Assembly (NCBI GenBank): GCA_000388065.2
Contig: KB932201.1
From: Fonticula alba ATCC 38817
Taxonomy: Eukaryota > Protista > Nucleariida
Reading direction: 5' to 3' (one strand)
Length of the DNA: 64,000 nt
Part shown: piece by piece, positions 52,427 to 64,000 of the stretch
How positions within the stretch are numbered: the stretch's first letter is position 1
Layout: each line of letters starts with the position of its first letter
Notes under the pieces: model-generated
Told to the model about the DNA's origin: nothing
The model's input: the letters and a program-made list of their open reading frames with translations, nothing else
Databases searched by the model: none
Made by a program: the position numbers and the translations under genes

Positions 52427-53951
52427 CAGGGGGAGATCCCGTCAGCGGATGCTTGGGCGGACGCCTGCGAGTGTTTTTTTCTGTCCCAGATCCATCCCCG
52501 GACTGCTTCTGCGCCGAAGCGGACGCACGGGAACGGACGCACGGACGGGCCGCCGAGATCCGCTTCTGCTCTCGATACCCTTGGGTCTGATGTTGTAGCG
52601 GGGAGTTCTATGCCCGCAGGCATCTTGTGTGATCTTGTGATGGAGATCATAGACGCGGCAGGATCTTTCCTTCCTCTCGTTGCCGCTCCCGCCGCCTTCC
52701 TCAAAAGGCCAGAGGCAAGGATTGAGGCAAAATTCCCCCTGCATCCTGGCACATTTCCAATATCACCCCAAAATGAAATGCAGTTACACATGGCATCCTC
52801 GGAGACCAGAATGTCATTACGAATGATGGGCATTCTACTTCCCGTGAACCATCCAGCTTGCGTTCCCGGCGGTCCGTGGATGTGGGGCAGCAAATCTGGC
52901 GAGGGTTGTGCTCGTTGTTCGTGCGTCTGGCTGCCAGGGGGGCTGCTTCTGGTTCTCCGGCAGTGAGAGGGGGGGGGGGTTGCCGCGCGGGCTGGCCCGC
53001 GTGCGTGTGGGCCAACGAAGGCTCTTCCCGGCCGGTGGGTGTGTGTGTGTGTGTGGGGGGGGGGTCGGGCGCGGGGCTCAAGGCTGGTTCGGGCATCGGC
53101 TCGCCCGTAATTGGTGCGCGGATTGCGCGGTGCGCACCCGGCCGTGTGCAGGGCCGCTTCGTTGTCTCCGCATGGCGGCAGCCCCTGCCTTGGGATGGGC
53201 CTCAGCGCATCGGCGAGCGCAAGAGGGGGCCGGCCTCGCGTGGGGGCATCCCTCCACCGCTGTGCTGGTGCTCCGGTGTTGCCGGGCGCGCCCGTGGGCA
53301 GCCTCGCCCTTCTCCTCCGGAGGAGAGGGGCCTCGCAGCCAGAGAGGCGGCGGCGATGCTCGTGCTCTGTTGTGTTCTCGAGGCCCGCGTATCGGGGCGA
53401 GGCGCTGGTGGAGGGGCCGGGGCGGCCAATTACACGGCCCCGGCGCGTCTTGGCCGCGGGCCAGTGGCAAAGGCCGAGGTGTGGGGCTGGTGCGGCCCCG
53501 GGGGGAGCACCTGGGAGGGCCATCTGGTCGCGGTGCCCCGCTCGGCCACCGTGCCGGCGCCGCCTCTGGCAGCGGGCGCGTGTGTGGCTGCCGGGCTGCC
53601 ACCTCTGTCGCGCGGAGGGCTCGCCTCTGGGTTTCCGGACTGGCCCAATATGGGGGGCGGGGGGTTTGCCAGTGTTTGGGTGCGATTGTGTGGCACATGT
53701 GCCTGTGCCGGCCTCCGCCTCGGGCAGTGGGCGGAATAGGGGACAGGCAGGCGCGGCGCGGAGAGGGCATGATTGTCCCCCCCCGCGGTGGAGCCCCGAG
53801 GCACGATACCGCCATTGTATGTGTAGGGGGAGAGCAGGGCAGCTGAGGGGGAGGGGGGGGGGGAGGGAGCTGCCCGCGCGCGAAGGCAGCGTTAGATCCC
53901 CCCACTCCGCCGGGGGGGGGGACAGGCGCGGGCTGCTCGCGTGGGAGGGGG

Positions 53952-53958
53952 TATATAA
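53952..53958 (+). promoter_or_regulatory. TATA box of the putative snoRNA host transcript
   Basis: TATATAA in a GC-rich region, about 90 nt upstream of the GTACGT donor at 54046. Confidence 0.55.
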
Positions 53959-53979
53959 GGGCGCCACACGGCGGCCTCC

Positions 53980-54300
53980 AATGCATGGTCTAGACACCGG
54001 CGGATCGGTGAACCACCGTCCGTCGGCCCATGCACCCAACGAGTTGTACGTCACCCTCCCCCCCCCCTTGGCAGCCAAGTTGATGATTAACATTTGGTCT
54101 GTGTTTCTGAAACCTTTGACGATATATATGTTTGTCTGATTGCACTCTCCTCGCCCTTCCTCCCCCCCCCTCTTCCGCGCTCCTCCTCTGACACTCGCTC
54201 TCCTCTCCCCCTCCCCAGGCATGGATAGCATCTCTCAGCATGCCGATCCCTCGCCCCCTCCCACGGGAGGGGATGAGCCTCTTTCTCTCTCTCTCTCTGA
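53980..54300 (+). ncRNA. Putative non-protein-coding snoRNA host gene; intron 54046-54218, transcript ends approximate
   Basis: Donor GTACGT at 54046, branch-like CTCTGAC, pyrimidine tract and CCCCAG acceptor ending at 54218. The spliced product carries only a 24-aa ORF or a low-complexity, non-host-like ORF. Confidence 0.55.
54076..54142 (+). ncRNA. SNORD18: Box C/D snoRNA U18 (SNORD18/snR18 homologue)
   Basis: Box C TGATGA 54081-54086, guide TTGGTCTGTGTTT 54094-54106, box D' CTGA 54107-54110, box C' TGACGA 54117-54122, box D CTGA 54136-54139, terminal CAA/TTG stem. The guide is complementary to the conserved LSU rRNA AAACACGGACCAA with one G-U pair. The segment is an AT-rich island. Confidence 0.88.
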
Positions 54301-56513
54301 TCCGATCCGGATTCTCCCCCCCCCAGCGGTAGCTCGCGCGTGCCTAGGGGACCCCTGGGCCCGAGCTGAGGTTGACCATTGCCCCTCACGTAGGGGCAGC
54401 CCCGGGTTGTCCTCCGCCCTCAAGGGGAGGAGGCAACCCCATGCTTGCCAGCGCTGGCCTCGCGGGAATGCCATCGAGCGTCTCGCCGAGCGCATAGCCA
54501 GGGCTCGCGAATCGCGCCGCGCGCCGTGTTTCTTCCTCCACCTACGGGGCATATGCGTATGCCCGGGGAAACACCACCCTCCTCCCTGCCTCAGCCTCAG
54601 AGTCGCGCCCTGATTGATCAGGGAGGTGGGTCCTCCTTTCTTTTTGATTGGAGGCTCGCGCGCGCGCGCGCGCATCTTCCTCCCGAGCCCCATCGGTTAC
54701 ATCCTCCCCCGGGTGGCCGGTGTGTGTGCTCTCTTCTGTCTGCAGACGAGGATGGATTCGCCATGAAGCATGGGCATCGTTCACACCTCCAAGCAGTCCC
54801 CCCTTCCTGCGCACGTCAGATGGGGGGCTGCTTTCCACCCTGGCGAGAGACTCTCTGGGGCCACGCGCCCCACCCCCTCTTGCGTCGTGTGCACACTCTT
54901 CATTTCGTGCCCCTCCACCTACGGGTGGTCAGTGAGGTATCAATCCTCCGTGGCCAGTTGCTTCACGAGCGAGGGCGGGTCCCTCTCGAGGCATCTCCCC
55001 GTGTCCCCCCTCATCGCGGCCGGGTGAGTCTTCTCCTCTCTCTGCCCTCTTAGAGGCCACGGCCCAGGAGGCGCGCCCCCTTCCCCAATCACCCGGGGCC
55101 TGCTCATGCTTGTCATGGCGGGGGCATGCGGCCGCGGTGTCCCCCCCCGCGCGCGCGCACGCATTCGGAGTGCATTTGGCTGCCTTTCTCCGGCAAGGCC
55201 CTGGCCGTCTCGGCTTCCACCCACCCCCCGGGCCACGCACTGCCGAGGCATGTGCTGTTGTTCCCTCGCGCCCTCTTCATTGGGGTTCGCCGATGTGTGT
55301 ATGTCCATCATCTTCCTTTCTCCTGCGGGAGAAATGCAGCGCGGCTGCGCGATGCCCATTATTTTGGGTTGTGATGCGACGCATCCTTCCGGGCATCCGG
55401 ATGGATGGCTCCACTCGAGCGTGTGGAAGTCCAGAGAGCGCATATCCGCGGGCGAGGCCCTCCCACCTGTGCCCCTACGCGGGGCGAGGGGGGCCGGCCA
55501 TGCCTCTTGCTTTCTCCTCCAGAGTAGTAAGGGAATGTACACGCGGCTTCCTCGCGGGGCATCCTTCTACGTGGGGCGCCCCTCTGCATCTCACGGCGAG
55601 AGCGAGGCGGCAAGAACATGCGGCGGCCAGATGGCGCGCGCCGCGCCGGGGGGGCGTTTGATTTGCGTCCCCCCCCGGCGAAAGAGAGGCCTTCATGTGT
55701 CCGTCCCCCACCCCCCTCGAGGTGTGGTGGGCGTGAGCCTGGCGCTCTTTCCCGCGATTCACATGGTGGATCGCCGTTGTGCTTTAACCGTACTCTCCCG
55801 GGCTTGACTCGCCGCGGGAAAAGCACAACCCCTGTAGCGCTCTCTCGGCTCCGAGTGAGTACGCGCACCCCCTGTGCGGGGATTTTTTTGGCTGGTCGGT
55901 CACCAAATGGCCCCGCACTCCCCTTTTCTCTCCCTCTTTTCTCTCTTAAAAATTGAAAATGCTCCACATCCGCGCGCGGGAGAGGGGGCCCTTTCATCGG
56001 GCCGAGGTCGTGCATGTCTCTCTGCCTGTGCCTCTGCGGCTGTCCGCGCGGGGCGCGCCCTTTCCTTGCTTTTTTTCACCCCCCCGCTTGTCGCTTGCAT
56101 GTGTGTGTGTACATGCGCCCGTGTGTCTCAGTGCCTTCCGTCCCCCTTCGTGCGCCCTTTTTTTGAGCACACCACCCTGGCGTGGCCGGCCCCGTCATGT
56201 GTCGTCCGTGTGTTTCCAGACAATAGGCACCGAGGATGGGATGGGGGGCCGAGGGGACTCATCGGGGGAGGGGCCGGAGCCGGACCGCCCGTTTCCTTCT
56301 TTTCCAGAGGAGGGAGGGGCACGCGGCACTGTGCTGCCACCGCCGCCGCCGCCGCCACATGCGTCCTTGTGTACGAATACAAAAGCGTCATGTTGTAGTG
56401 TCCCTTTGCAGATGGGAATCTCCCTGTGCCTGCTCAGCGTGCCACGGTCTTGGGTTTTCTCCCCGCGCCGGGATCTTTGGTGGTTGACTCGGGGGGGGGG
56501 GGGGGGGGGGGGG

Positions 56514-56547
<34 letters not shown>

Positions 56548-56929
56548 ATGCTTCTGGCGATTGTGCCAGGGACGGGCCTCCGCCATTTCTGGGAGTGCCC
56601 CCTCGTTCGGATGCATGGTGCGATGTTCGCCAGACATTCGTGTTTGTGTGTGTTTGTGTGTGTGTGTTCGTGTGTGTGTGTGCGGAGCGAGGTGTGTGAG
56701 AGAGAGAGGGGTGGCGTTTTCTGCATGCTGACACACTTCCTCCCGGCAGAGGGTGTGCAAACAGCGGCGGACCTCAGCCGGAGGGTGAGAGTGAGCAGGG
56801 GCATGTGTATTTTCATATAGTGTACAATAATGGGTGCGCGCGCGCGCGTGAGAGGGAGAGAGAGAGAGAGTCCCTCCCCCCGCGGCCGCTTCTATGGGGG
56901 AGAAGAGGGATCTGAGACAGGACCGAGGC

Positions 56930-59401
56930 TTACCGAGCCGGAAGGGAGAGGGCCGGCGCGGTGGAATCCCCGGACAGCAGAAGGCCACTGGAGCTGCTCA
57001 AAGGTGTGTTATCGACTGTGACTGACAGAGGGCCGTCAAGGGCCACGGTGTTGCCGCTGCCACTCGTGGCCAGATTGTCATCGACATTACCGCCCTCCTC
57101 AAGGCCATCGGGTGCCAGGGAGGATGCCGACGGGGACTCCCCAAGTCGCAGCCTCTTCTCGGCGGCCAACTCCAACAGCAGAGAGTGCCGCTCGGCGCCC
57201 GGGGCCGCGGTACCCTTGTTGCCGCGGGCAAGAGTCACCTTCGGGGAGGGGCCGCCGGCAGCAGCCACGGCAGGGCGCGACGGGGGCAGCATGGACGGCG
57301 AGGGCACCGCCGACCGAATGCCCACATCCGTGGGAAAGTCGTCGTCCTGCCCGGGGACACCGAAGCCGCCCTTCGGCGCCGGTGCCAGCCCCCCGCCTCG
57401 GGAGGCGCTCGACGTCGCCGACATGGCGGCCATCGCGGAGGCCGTCCGCCGTGGGAGCCACAGCCAAAGCTTTTGGATGCTGCGCCGACTCGGTGGCACG
57501 GCCCCGAACCACGTGTAAATGGCCATGCCAAAGAGGGCGATGCAAATGCCGACCACCTCGCCGGAGGTCGGGTTCGGTTGGTCCGGACGTGCTGGGAAGA
57601 AGAGCACCCCGAGCACGAAGATGAGGGCCGTCTTGAAGTGCCCGATCACTTGGAAGCTGAGTTGCACAGGGGGCATGCGTGTCAGGGATTCGGGTTGCAT
57701 GGGCACAAGGGGGGGGGGGGGGGGAAAAACAGTGGCAGGCGCGGCATGAGGGTGACCGCGAAAGGAAAGCAAATGGCCCAACAAACAAATACACATCCAT
57801 AATGGATGGGAGAGCAGGGGTGTGCTTGTGGAGAAGGAAGCCGGGTGTGGGGCCGCCGTGGGGAGGACGACATACGAGAGGACACTTGTGCGCGTGAGCA
57901 CCCAGGCCGCCGAGAGGTTCATCGGGCAGGCAATCGCACAACTCAGCAAAACACCCATCTGAGGAGGGGGGGGGGGGGGGGGGAGGCCCGCCCGCGGAGC
58001 AAGCGTCATCAGTTAGCGGAAAGGAGACCGACGAGGAGAGTGACACAGGCAGGTGCACCTGCCAAAGGCGGCACGTACCCAGGTGGACAGGGACACCGAG
58101 GAGAGGGGCAGAACGCTGGTCGGCGTCCCGCCCGAGATGGAGCCGGTCATGAAGAGGCTGACCGCGCCGTGGAAGGCGGAGGAAAAGCCGACTGACCCGG
58201 CCCCGGAGGTGAGTGCCTCCACCACCGGGCCAATCAGGAATAGCGAAAGGGCCGCCGGGATGCCGATGGCATGGTACAGGCGCACGGGCCCGGGGATCGG
58301 GGCCGCTGGCGCGGCGGTCAACCGGGTGGTAGTGTCAACGCCAGACACTTTGGGAGTCGACAGAGCCATGGTCGGGGTCATGGGTTCGGCCCTCGGCTCA
58401 TTGATCATGGACAGGAAGGCATCGTAGGCCTGGCATTTGTCCATCCCGGATTGATGCCACAAGGGCACGGCACCAGGCGCATCCCCAAGCACAAGCACGT
58501 TAGGATACACTTCCGAGGGCAGTCGAGGCACAGAGAATGGGGGCGACGAGGAGGGAGAAACATGGAAGAGGGGGGGGAGGGGGGAGGGGGGGAGAGGGAC
58601 ACTCGCGCACAATTTGCTGGACCGCCGTCGCAAAGACCGCCAACAAGGCCACAAGGATACCCACGCCGGCCGGGGCACGGACAGACTGGGCCGCGGCCGC
58701 GGCAGCAGCTGGACCCGCGGGCAGGTCCGCAGCCAGGTGATAGTGCGCCACACCGCCCAGGACCACGGCCAACGCCAGGGCCCGCGGCAGGCCGGGCCAT
58801 GCAGCGCGTGGCCCCTTGACCAGCATCGACAGCACCAGAGCCGTCGGAGCGACAGCCAGCTTGACAATCTGGTACCGGGTCACCGGATTCAGCTGGAGGG
58901 AGAGATTTTGCAGACCCAGCGCCCCGGCCGTGCTCAGGACCGCGGCCAATGTGACAATCCGCCGACGAGTGGCCATGCGAGTGCTCCAGGACGATGTGAC
59001 CTCCGGGGCCGGCCTCAGCGGCGACAGGGGTGGCGTCAGCCGGGGGCTGGGCTTCGACCCACGGACCGGGTACAGCCCAAGCAGGACCAGCAGGACAACG
59101 CCCTTGGATACCAGAGCTGTGCCCAGAACGTGGAGACCAGTCAAAAGGGAGCCTGCGTGGGGGGGAACAGAGGGCCAGCCGGGTGTGAGTCGAACAGCAG
59201 GGGACGACGATGGCACAAGGAGGGAGAAGAAGAGAGAGAGAGAGAGAGAGAAGCAGGGGGGGGGGGTGTACTTCGACCAAAACGCCCATGGACGAAAATC
59301 CATTTGTTGAGCATGATCAAGCCCACTGAGAGGGCAATGTTAATTCCGATGGCCAGCGAGGTGAGGAGCGCGCTCCTCCATGAGACGTTGAAGAAGCCCA
59401 T
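56930..59401 (-). CDS. Nucleotide-sugar/triose-phosphate transporter family protein (SLC35E3/UXT-like, DMT fold), about 610 aa
   Basis: Exons 59401-59272, 59152-58611, 58429-58079, 57958-57876, 57656-56930. Motifs SVGLIMLNKWIF, LTGLH, LQNLSLQLNPVTRYQIVKL, TSVLSFQVIGHFKTALIFVLGVLFF, GICIALFGMAIYT. Confidence 0.82.
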
Positions 59402-59653
59402 GGGGCAGGAGTAGTCGATTCCAGCGCGCACGTGCGCGCGAGCGACGATCTACGAGTGGATGCCTTTCCGAAGGCAGGGGGGTGAGGGATGTGGAGAATG
59501 GGCCCGAGTCACCTGCAGAGCCGGGGAGTCAGGACAGGGGAACGCCAGCCGAGACACGGGGGGAGGAGGAGGAGAAGGAGGCGCACCTGTCGTCGGGCAT
59601 TTCAAGAGAGCTAGTCTTGGGTGCGGGGGGCGAGGACGCACGCACACACGCAC

Positions 59654-59684
<31 letters not shown>

Positions 59685-59838
59685 ACCTGACGAGCGCGAG
59701 TTTCCCGTGCAATCTTGTGCGGTCCAGTGGCGGCGACAAAGTAGGGCGAGAGCAAGGGGGCGGAGTCGCGTGCGGCAGGTGGGGGGGTGTACAGGGACAG
59801 GAGGTCAAGGAAAGGGATGATCGAGAGGCTGCCAGTGT

Positions 59839-59933
59839 TGGAGTACATATGCGCGGGTGGTGCGAGACAAGGGTATGCACCCTCTTCAGGGCGTGCGCCT
59901 CCGTTGCGCCCAGGGGCGGAGGGGGCGGGGGCG
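59839..59933. repeat. 95-nt sequence duplicated exactly at 63444-63538; both copies abut N gaps
   Basis: TGGAGTACATATGCGCGGGTGG...GGGGGCG ends a contig at 59933 and starts a contig at 63444. Confidence 0.9.
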
Positions 59934-60909
59934 NNNNNNNNNNNNNNNNNNNNNNNNNNNNNNNNNNNNNNNNNNNNNNNNNNNNNNNNNNNNNNNNNNN
60001 NNNNNNNNNNNNNNNNNNNNNNNNNNNNNNNNNNNNNNNNNNNNNNNNNNNNNNNNNNNNNNNNNNNNNNNNNNNNNNNNNNNNNNNNNNNNNNNNNNNN
60101 NNNNNNNNNNNNNNNNNNNNNNNNNNNNNNNNNNNNNNNNNNNNNNNNNNNNNNNNNNNNNNNNNNNNNNNNNNNNNNNNNNNNNNNNNNNNNNNNNNNN
60201 NNNNNNNNNNNNNNNNNNNNNNNNNNNNNNNNNNNNNNNNNNNNNNNNNNNNNNNNNNNNNNNNNNNNNNNNNNNNNNNNNNNNNNNNNNNNNNNNNNNN
60301 NNNNNNNNNNNNNNNNNNNNNNNNNNNNNNNNNNNNNNNNNNNNNNNNNNNNNNNNNNNNNNNNNNNNNNNNNNNNNNNNNNNCCCCCCCGACTCCCCCG
60401 ACGCCCGCGGCAAACACACCAAAGCGCCGCATCACCGGAGCACCGCGCCCGAGAGAGCCCGGCCAACCGATAACACTCTTTTATCGGCAAATAAGTTGTC
60501 ACCCCTAATGGGGCCAGCTCAGTTGGCACAACCTCGGGCCTCGCCCGTTCATGGATCCGTGGGCACCTGGATCCAACGGCATGTCCCCCCTGCCGCCGCC
60601 ACCGTCGCTTCCGCCTGGCTGTTGGCTCGCAGCGTTATTTTGGCCAACCAGTGTGCCGCGCGAGGGCGGCCTCCCTCCTTGACACCGCCCCTCTCCTCCC
60701 TTCCAGCTGTCTCCTTTGTCCCTTGTCTTTCCCCTCCATCCGCTCCCCCCCCCCTCGCCCCCGCTCCTCGCCCCCGCCCCCCTATTCCTTGCCCAAGCCA
60801 GAGCGCCCCGCTGGACCGCCACCGGCCCTCGTTCCCCCGCCGTCTTTTGGCACCTCCCTCCCCTCTCCCGCCTCCTCCCTCCCTCCCCCCCCCGCCCGTA
60901 CAGTGAAAC

Positions 60910-62814
60910 ATGGCTCGTAACGAGGAGAAGGCCCAGTACGTCGGAGGCACGCCCGCGTGGAAGCCCGGCCTTTCGCGTGTGGATCCCACTCCATCAATGC
61001 CGCCCAGGTCGATCGTGTCTGACTGATCTGATATCCCCCCTTGGCTTGTCCTCCCTCGCAATATGGCAGGTCCATGCTCTCGCGCTGGAAGCAAGTCCAG
61101 CAGCGCGAGCAGGGCGTCTACGTCGATCCGTTCAAGCAGCGGCGGCCGCGCGTCGTCGACACGATCGACAACATTTCCGAGGCCGAAAAGTGGCGCGGTG
61201 ATGTTACCCGGGAGATCAGTCGCAAGGTGGCCCAGATTCAAAACCGTGCGCATGCTCTCCGCCGCTTCTCCTGCTCTCTCTCCCTCCCTCTCTCTCTCTC
61301 TCTCGCGATGCACGCGGCACCCGGCTCTGACATGCTCCTTGTCTTTCCGCCTCCTGCTGCTCAGCCGGCCTGGGCGAGGAGACCATCCGCGAACTGAATG
61401 ACGAGATCAACCATCTCTTCCGGGAGCGCCGCGCCTGGGAGCATCGCATCAAGGCTCTCGGCGGTGCAGATTACACTGTGCGGCCTCCTTCACCTGCTTG
61501 ACTTGGGCACGGCGCAAGCATCCTTCCCCTGCCGTCGCCCCCGCACTGACACTCCTGGCCGGGCTTCCCTCCCCCCCGTATGGCCCGCCTGCCGATTGCA
61601 GCGCATGCCCACCCGCATCCTGGATAAAGATGGCAAGGAGGCTGTTGGCTCCTATGGCTACAAGTGCGCCGCCTCAATCCTCCCCCCTCCCTCGACCCCT
61701 CCCATGGCGCTCTTTGCCCGTCCTCCTTCTGCCTGTCCCTGTCGCTGACGAGATCGCCCACCTTTTGCTCCCCCTCCTGCCCCCCCCCGGAAATGCTGCC
61801 CCCTCTAGGTACTTTGGCGCGGCCAAGGACCTCCCCGGCGTCCGTGAGCACCTCGAGGCCATCTCGCGTACGCGCCCAGTCACCTGTTCCTTTTCTTTCT
61901 CCGCATCTGGTGCATGTCCCCCTCTCCTGCCAAGAGAGGCCCCCTGTGCACTGACGCCACCTGCCCGCTCCCCCACCGCACCCTGCAGTAGAGCAACAGG
62001 AGCGCCGGAAGAAGAAGGAGAGCCCCTACAAGGGCATCGATGCCGACTACTACGGCTACCGTGATGAGGATGATGGCATTCTCTTGGTCCTCGAGGCAAA
62101 GCAGGAGCTCCACGGTACGCGCACAGAGGCCGACCCCGGCGGCCGACCCCGGCGGCCGACCATCCCTCCAATCAACACACCTCTAACCTCACCTCCACCC
62201 TTTTCTCCCCTCCCTCCCCCCCCCCTCTCTGCCTCGTGTTCTTGGACAGCTGTGGCCGAAGCCCGTGCGGCGTGGCTCGCGCAGCAGCAGCAGCAGCAGC
62301 AGAAGCCGACGCAAGCCGACGATGGTGAAAATCCCCTGGACAGCATCCTCGGGCTGGACGAGGCCCAGGCCGAGGAGGTGCTGGCCGCCTCCGCCAACGA
62401 CGGCCGGCCCATCACCGACGGAGGTGTGTCTCCTCTACTTTTCCGTCTCCCTCTCCGGCTCAATTATCCTTTGACACTTTCTCCCTGTCCCTGCCTGCGC
62501 ATTGCCACCCGCTCTTCCCTTTCTCTCGCCGGCCAGAAAACACGGTCCTCGATTCGCATCTGTCCATCCCCTCCCAGGAAGAGATGAAGGCCATCATCCT
62601 CGGCATTCAGAAGAGGGTGCGTGTGTTTCTCGATCAGCCAGCCAGCCAGTATGCGCTCTGGCCTTTTTTCCCCCCTCTCCCCCCGCTCCCTTTTTGGTCT
62701 ACCACCCGTGGACGCGCAATGCACGTCCACAGGTGGCCGGCTGGATGCCCGAGCGCTGACATGAATAACCCGTGACCACAGAAACTGGTGGAGCTCTATG
62801 CCACCAGAAGCTGA
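60910..62814 (+). CDS. ISY1: Pre-mRNA splicing factor ISY1 (NTC/Prp19 complex), about 281 aa
   Basis: Nine exons: 60910-60935, 61070-61245, 61365-61477, 61602-61663, 61809-61867, 61992-62114, 62250-62423, 62537-62616, 62782-62814. MARNEEKAQSML, AEKWRGDVTREISRKVAQIQN, IRELNDEINHLFRERRAWEHRIKALGG, GYKYFGAAKDLPGVRE, DADYYGYRDEDDG. Confidence 0.95.
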
Positions 62815-64000
62815 TCCTGGACCGCATGTGACGATATGGCCGGCCACCGTGCCACCCTGACCCTTGGGCGGCGCGAGCGACCCCTGTACCCGGAAAAAAA
62901 ATCAAACACCCACTTTGTCTCCTTGCTCATTTCCCTGGCCTGAGGGTGTGATTTCCCAGTTTCCCGAGTGCATCCTCACTGGCTGATTCTCTTTCTTTTT
63001 TTTTTCAGCGAGTTTGGTGTCTGGCGGTTCGGCACACGGCCTCGCCGAGTCGAGGGTTTAGGTATCACACCTCGCGCCTGAGGAGCCGTGCGGGGGAGGG
63101 AGGTGTGCGTGGACACACATGTACGCGAGGGGTGGTGGAGACCCCTCCGTACCGGCGCCCGTTGGCCCATGCTCCGTCGTTTGGGCTTCTGCGCCTTGGC
63201 GCACCTCCTTACAGGAGGGGACCGACCACGAAACGTGAGCCAATGGTCTCTCTTCTCGGGGGGAGAGGCCTCCCCCCCCCCTGTGGCCAGGTGGCTCCCC
63301 CCTTTGCTGAGGGCCGACCTGAGGAGCTGGCGGGTGCGGGACGCGTGTCCCCGTGGTGGTGACGGTGGACGCTCTCCCCCCCCTCCCCCTGCAGCCAGGA
63401 TGTTGACCTCTCTGTTGTGTGTGCCTCGCCCGGNNNNNNNNNNTGGAGTACATATGCGCGGGTGGTGCGAGACAAGGGTATGCACCCTCTTCAGGGCGTG
63501 CGCCTCCGTTGCGCCCAGGGGCGGAGGGGGCGGGGGCGTGTGGTTGTTCCCGGGGGTAGTTTGTGTGGGTTTTGTTGTTCCTCGGGTGTTCCCCTCTTTT
63601 TTTGGTGTTGGTTTGGGGGTACCCTTAACCAAGGGGGTCCGTTTTTTTTCCGTCTCTCTTTCCCTTTTAAGGGTTTTCAGTTTCTTCCTGCCCCCCCCCC
63701 CCCCCCCGGCCGGTGGAACGGCCCCCCAGGAGAGGAACAGCTCAGTTGTGCGATTACGGCGCCGCGCTGTCCGGGCGCTTGGGGGCGGTCGTCGCCCTGC
63801 CCCCCCCCCCCTTCTGCGTGCGTGTCCTCCGGGCGCTGACCCCTCCTTCTCTTTAGGCAGGCGCTTTCCATATGCTGGCCCTCGTGCGTGTGCGTGAGTG
63901 TGTGGGTCTGCCAGGACCAGATTTGACCCGGCTCAGGGGGATGGGTCCGACCACGCACCCCCCCGCACCCCGGCGGTGAAGTCGCGCATGCATGCCCCCC

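Noticed and set aside
51722-54231. Long overlapping ORFs (757 aa on minus; 414, 342 and 312 aa on plus)
   Set aside because: Low-complexity Arg/Pro/Gly/Ala products run through microsatellites, with no domain motifs or host codon bias; expected by chance at about 70% GC.
58003-58016. TGATGA on the minus strand in a transporter intron (possible box C)
   Set aside because: It directly follows the GCTAAC branch site and has no downstream box D or guide.

Overview
GC-rich, intron-rich eukaryotic genomic scaffold from an opisthokont-like protist. Composition, poly-C introns and gene content suggest Fonticula alba or a relative, which is an inference. It is a draft assembly with many N gaps and low-quality poly-G/C tails. 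Spliced gene models were built by hand from GT..AG sites and reading-frame phase; most raw six-frame ORFs are GC-rich noise. Genes in order: an unknown low-complexity protein with alternating KLQxFFG and EERR..RKL repeats (+), a small Pro/Tyr/Gly protein (+), glutaminase (-), GOT1 (+), mitochondrial enoyl-CoA hydratase (+), a PX-BAR sorting nexin (-), a multi-LIM protein (-), a TPR/F-box/LRR protein (+), an AFG3/paraplegin-type m-AAA protease (+), cytosolic AspRS (+), separase (-), an NDT-like mitochondrial carrier (-), REX4 (-), RPS27 (+), an SLC35E/TPT transporter (-) and ISY1 (+). Two things stand out. First, an unannotated-looking U18/SNORD18 C/D snoRNA sits in an intron of an apparently non-coding, TATA-driven host transcript. 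Second, the AspRS exons are circularly permuted, with exons 1-2 lying inside intron 5; this is probably a misassembly but is testable. No tRNA, rRNA, CRISPR array or transposase was recognised.
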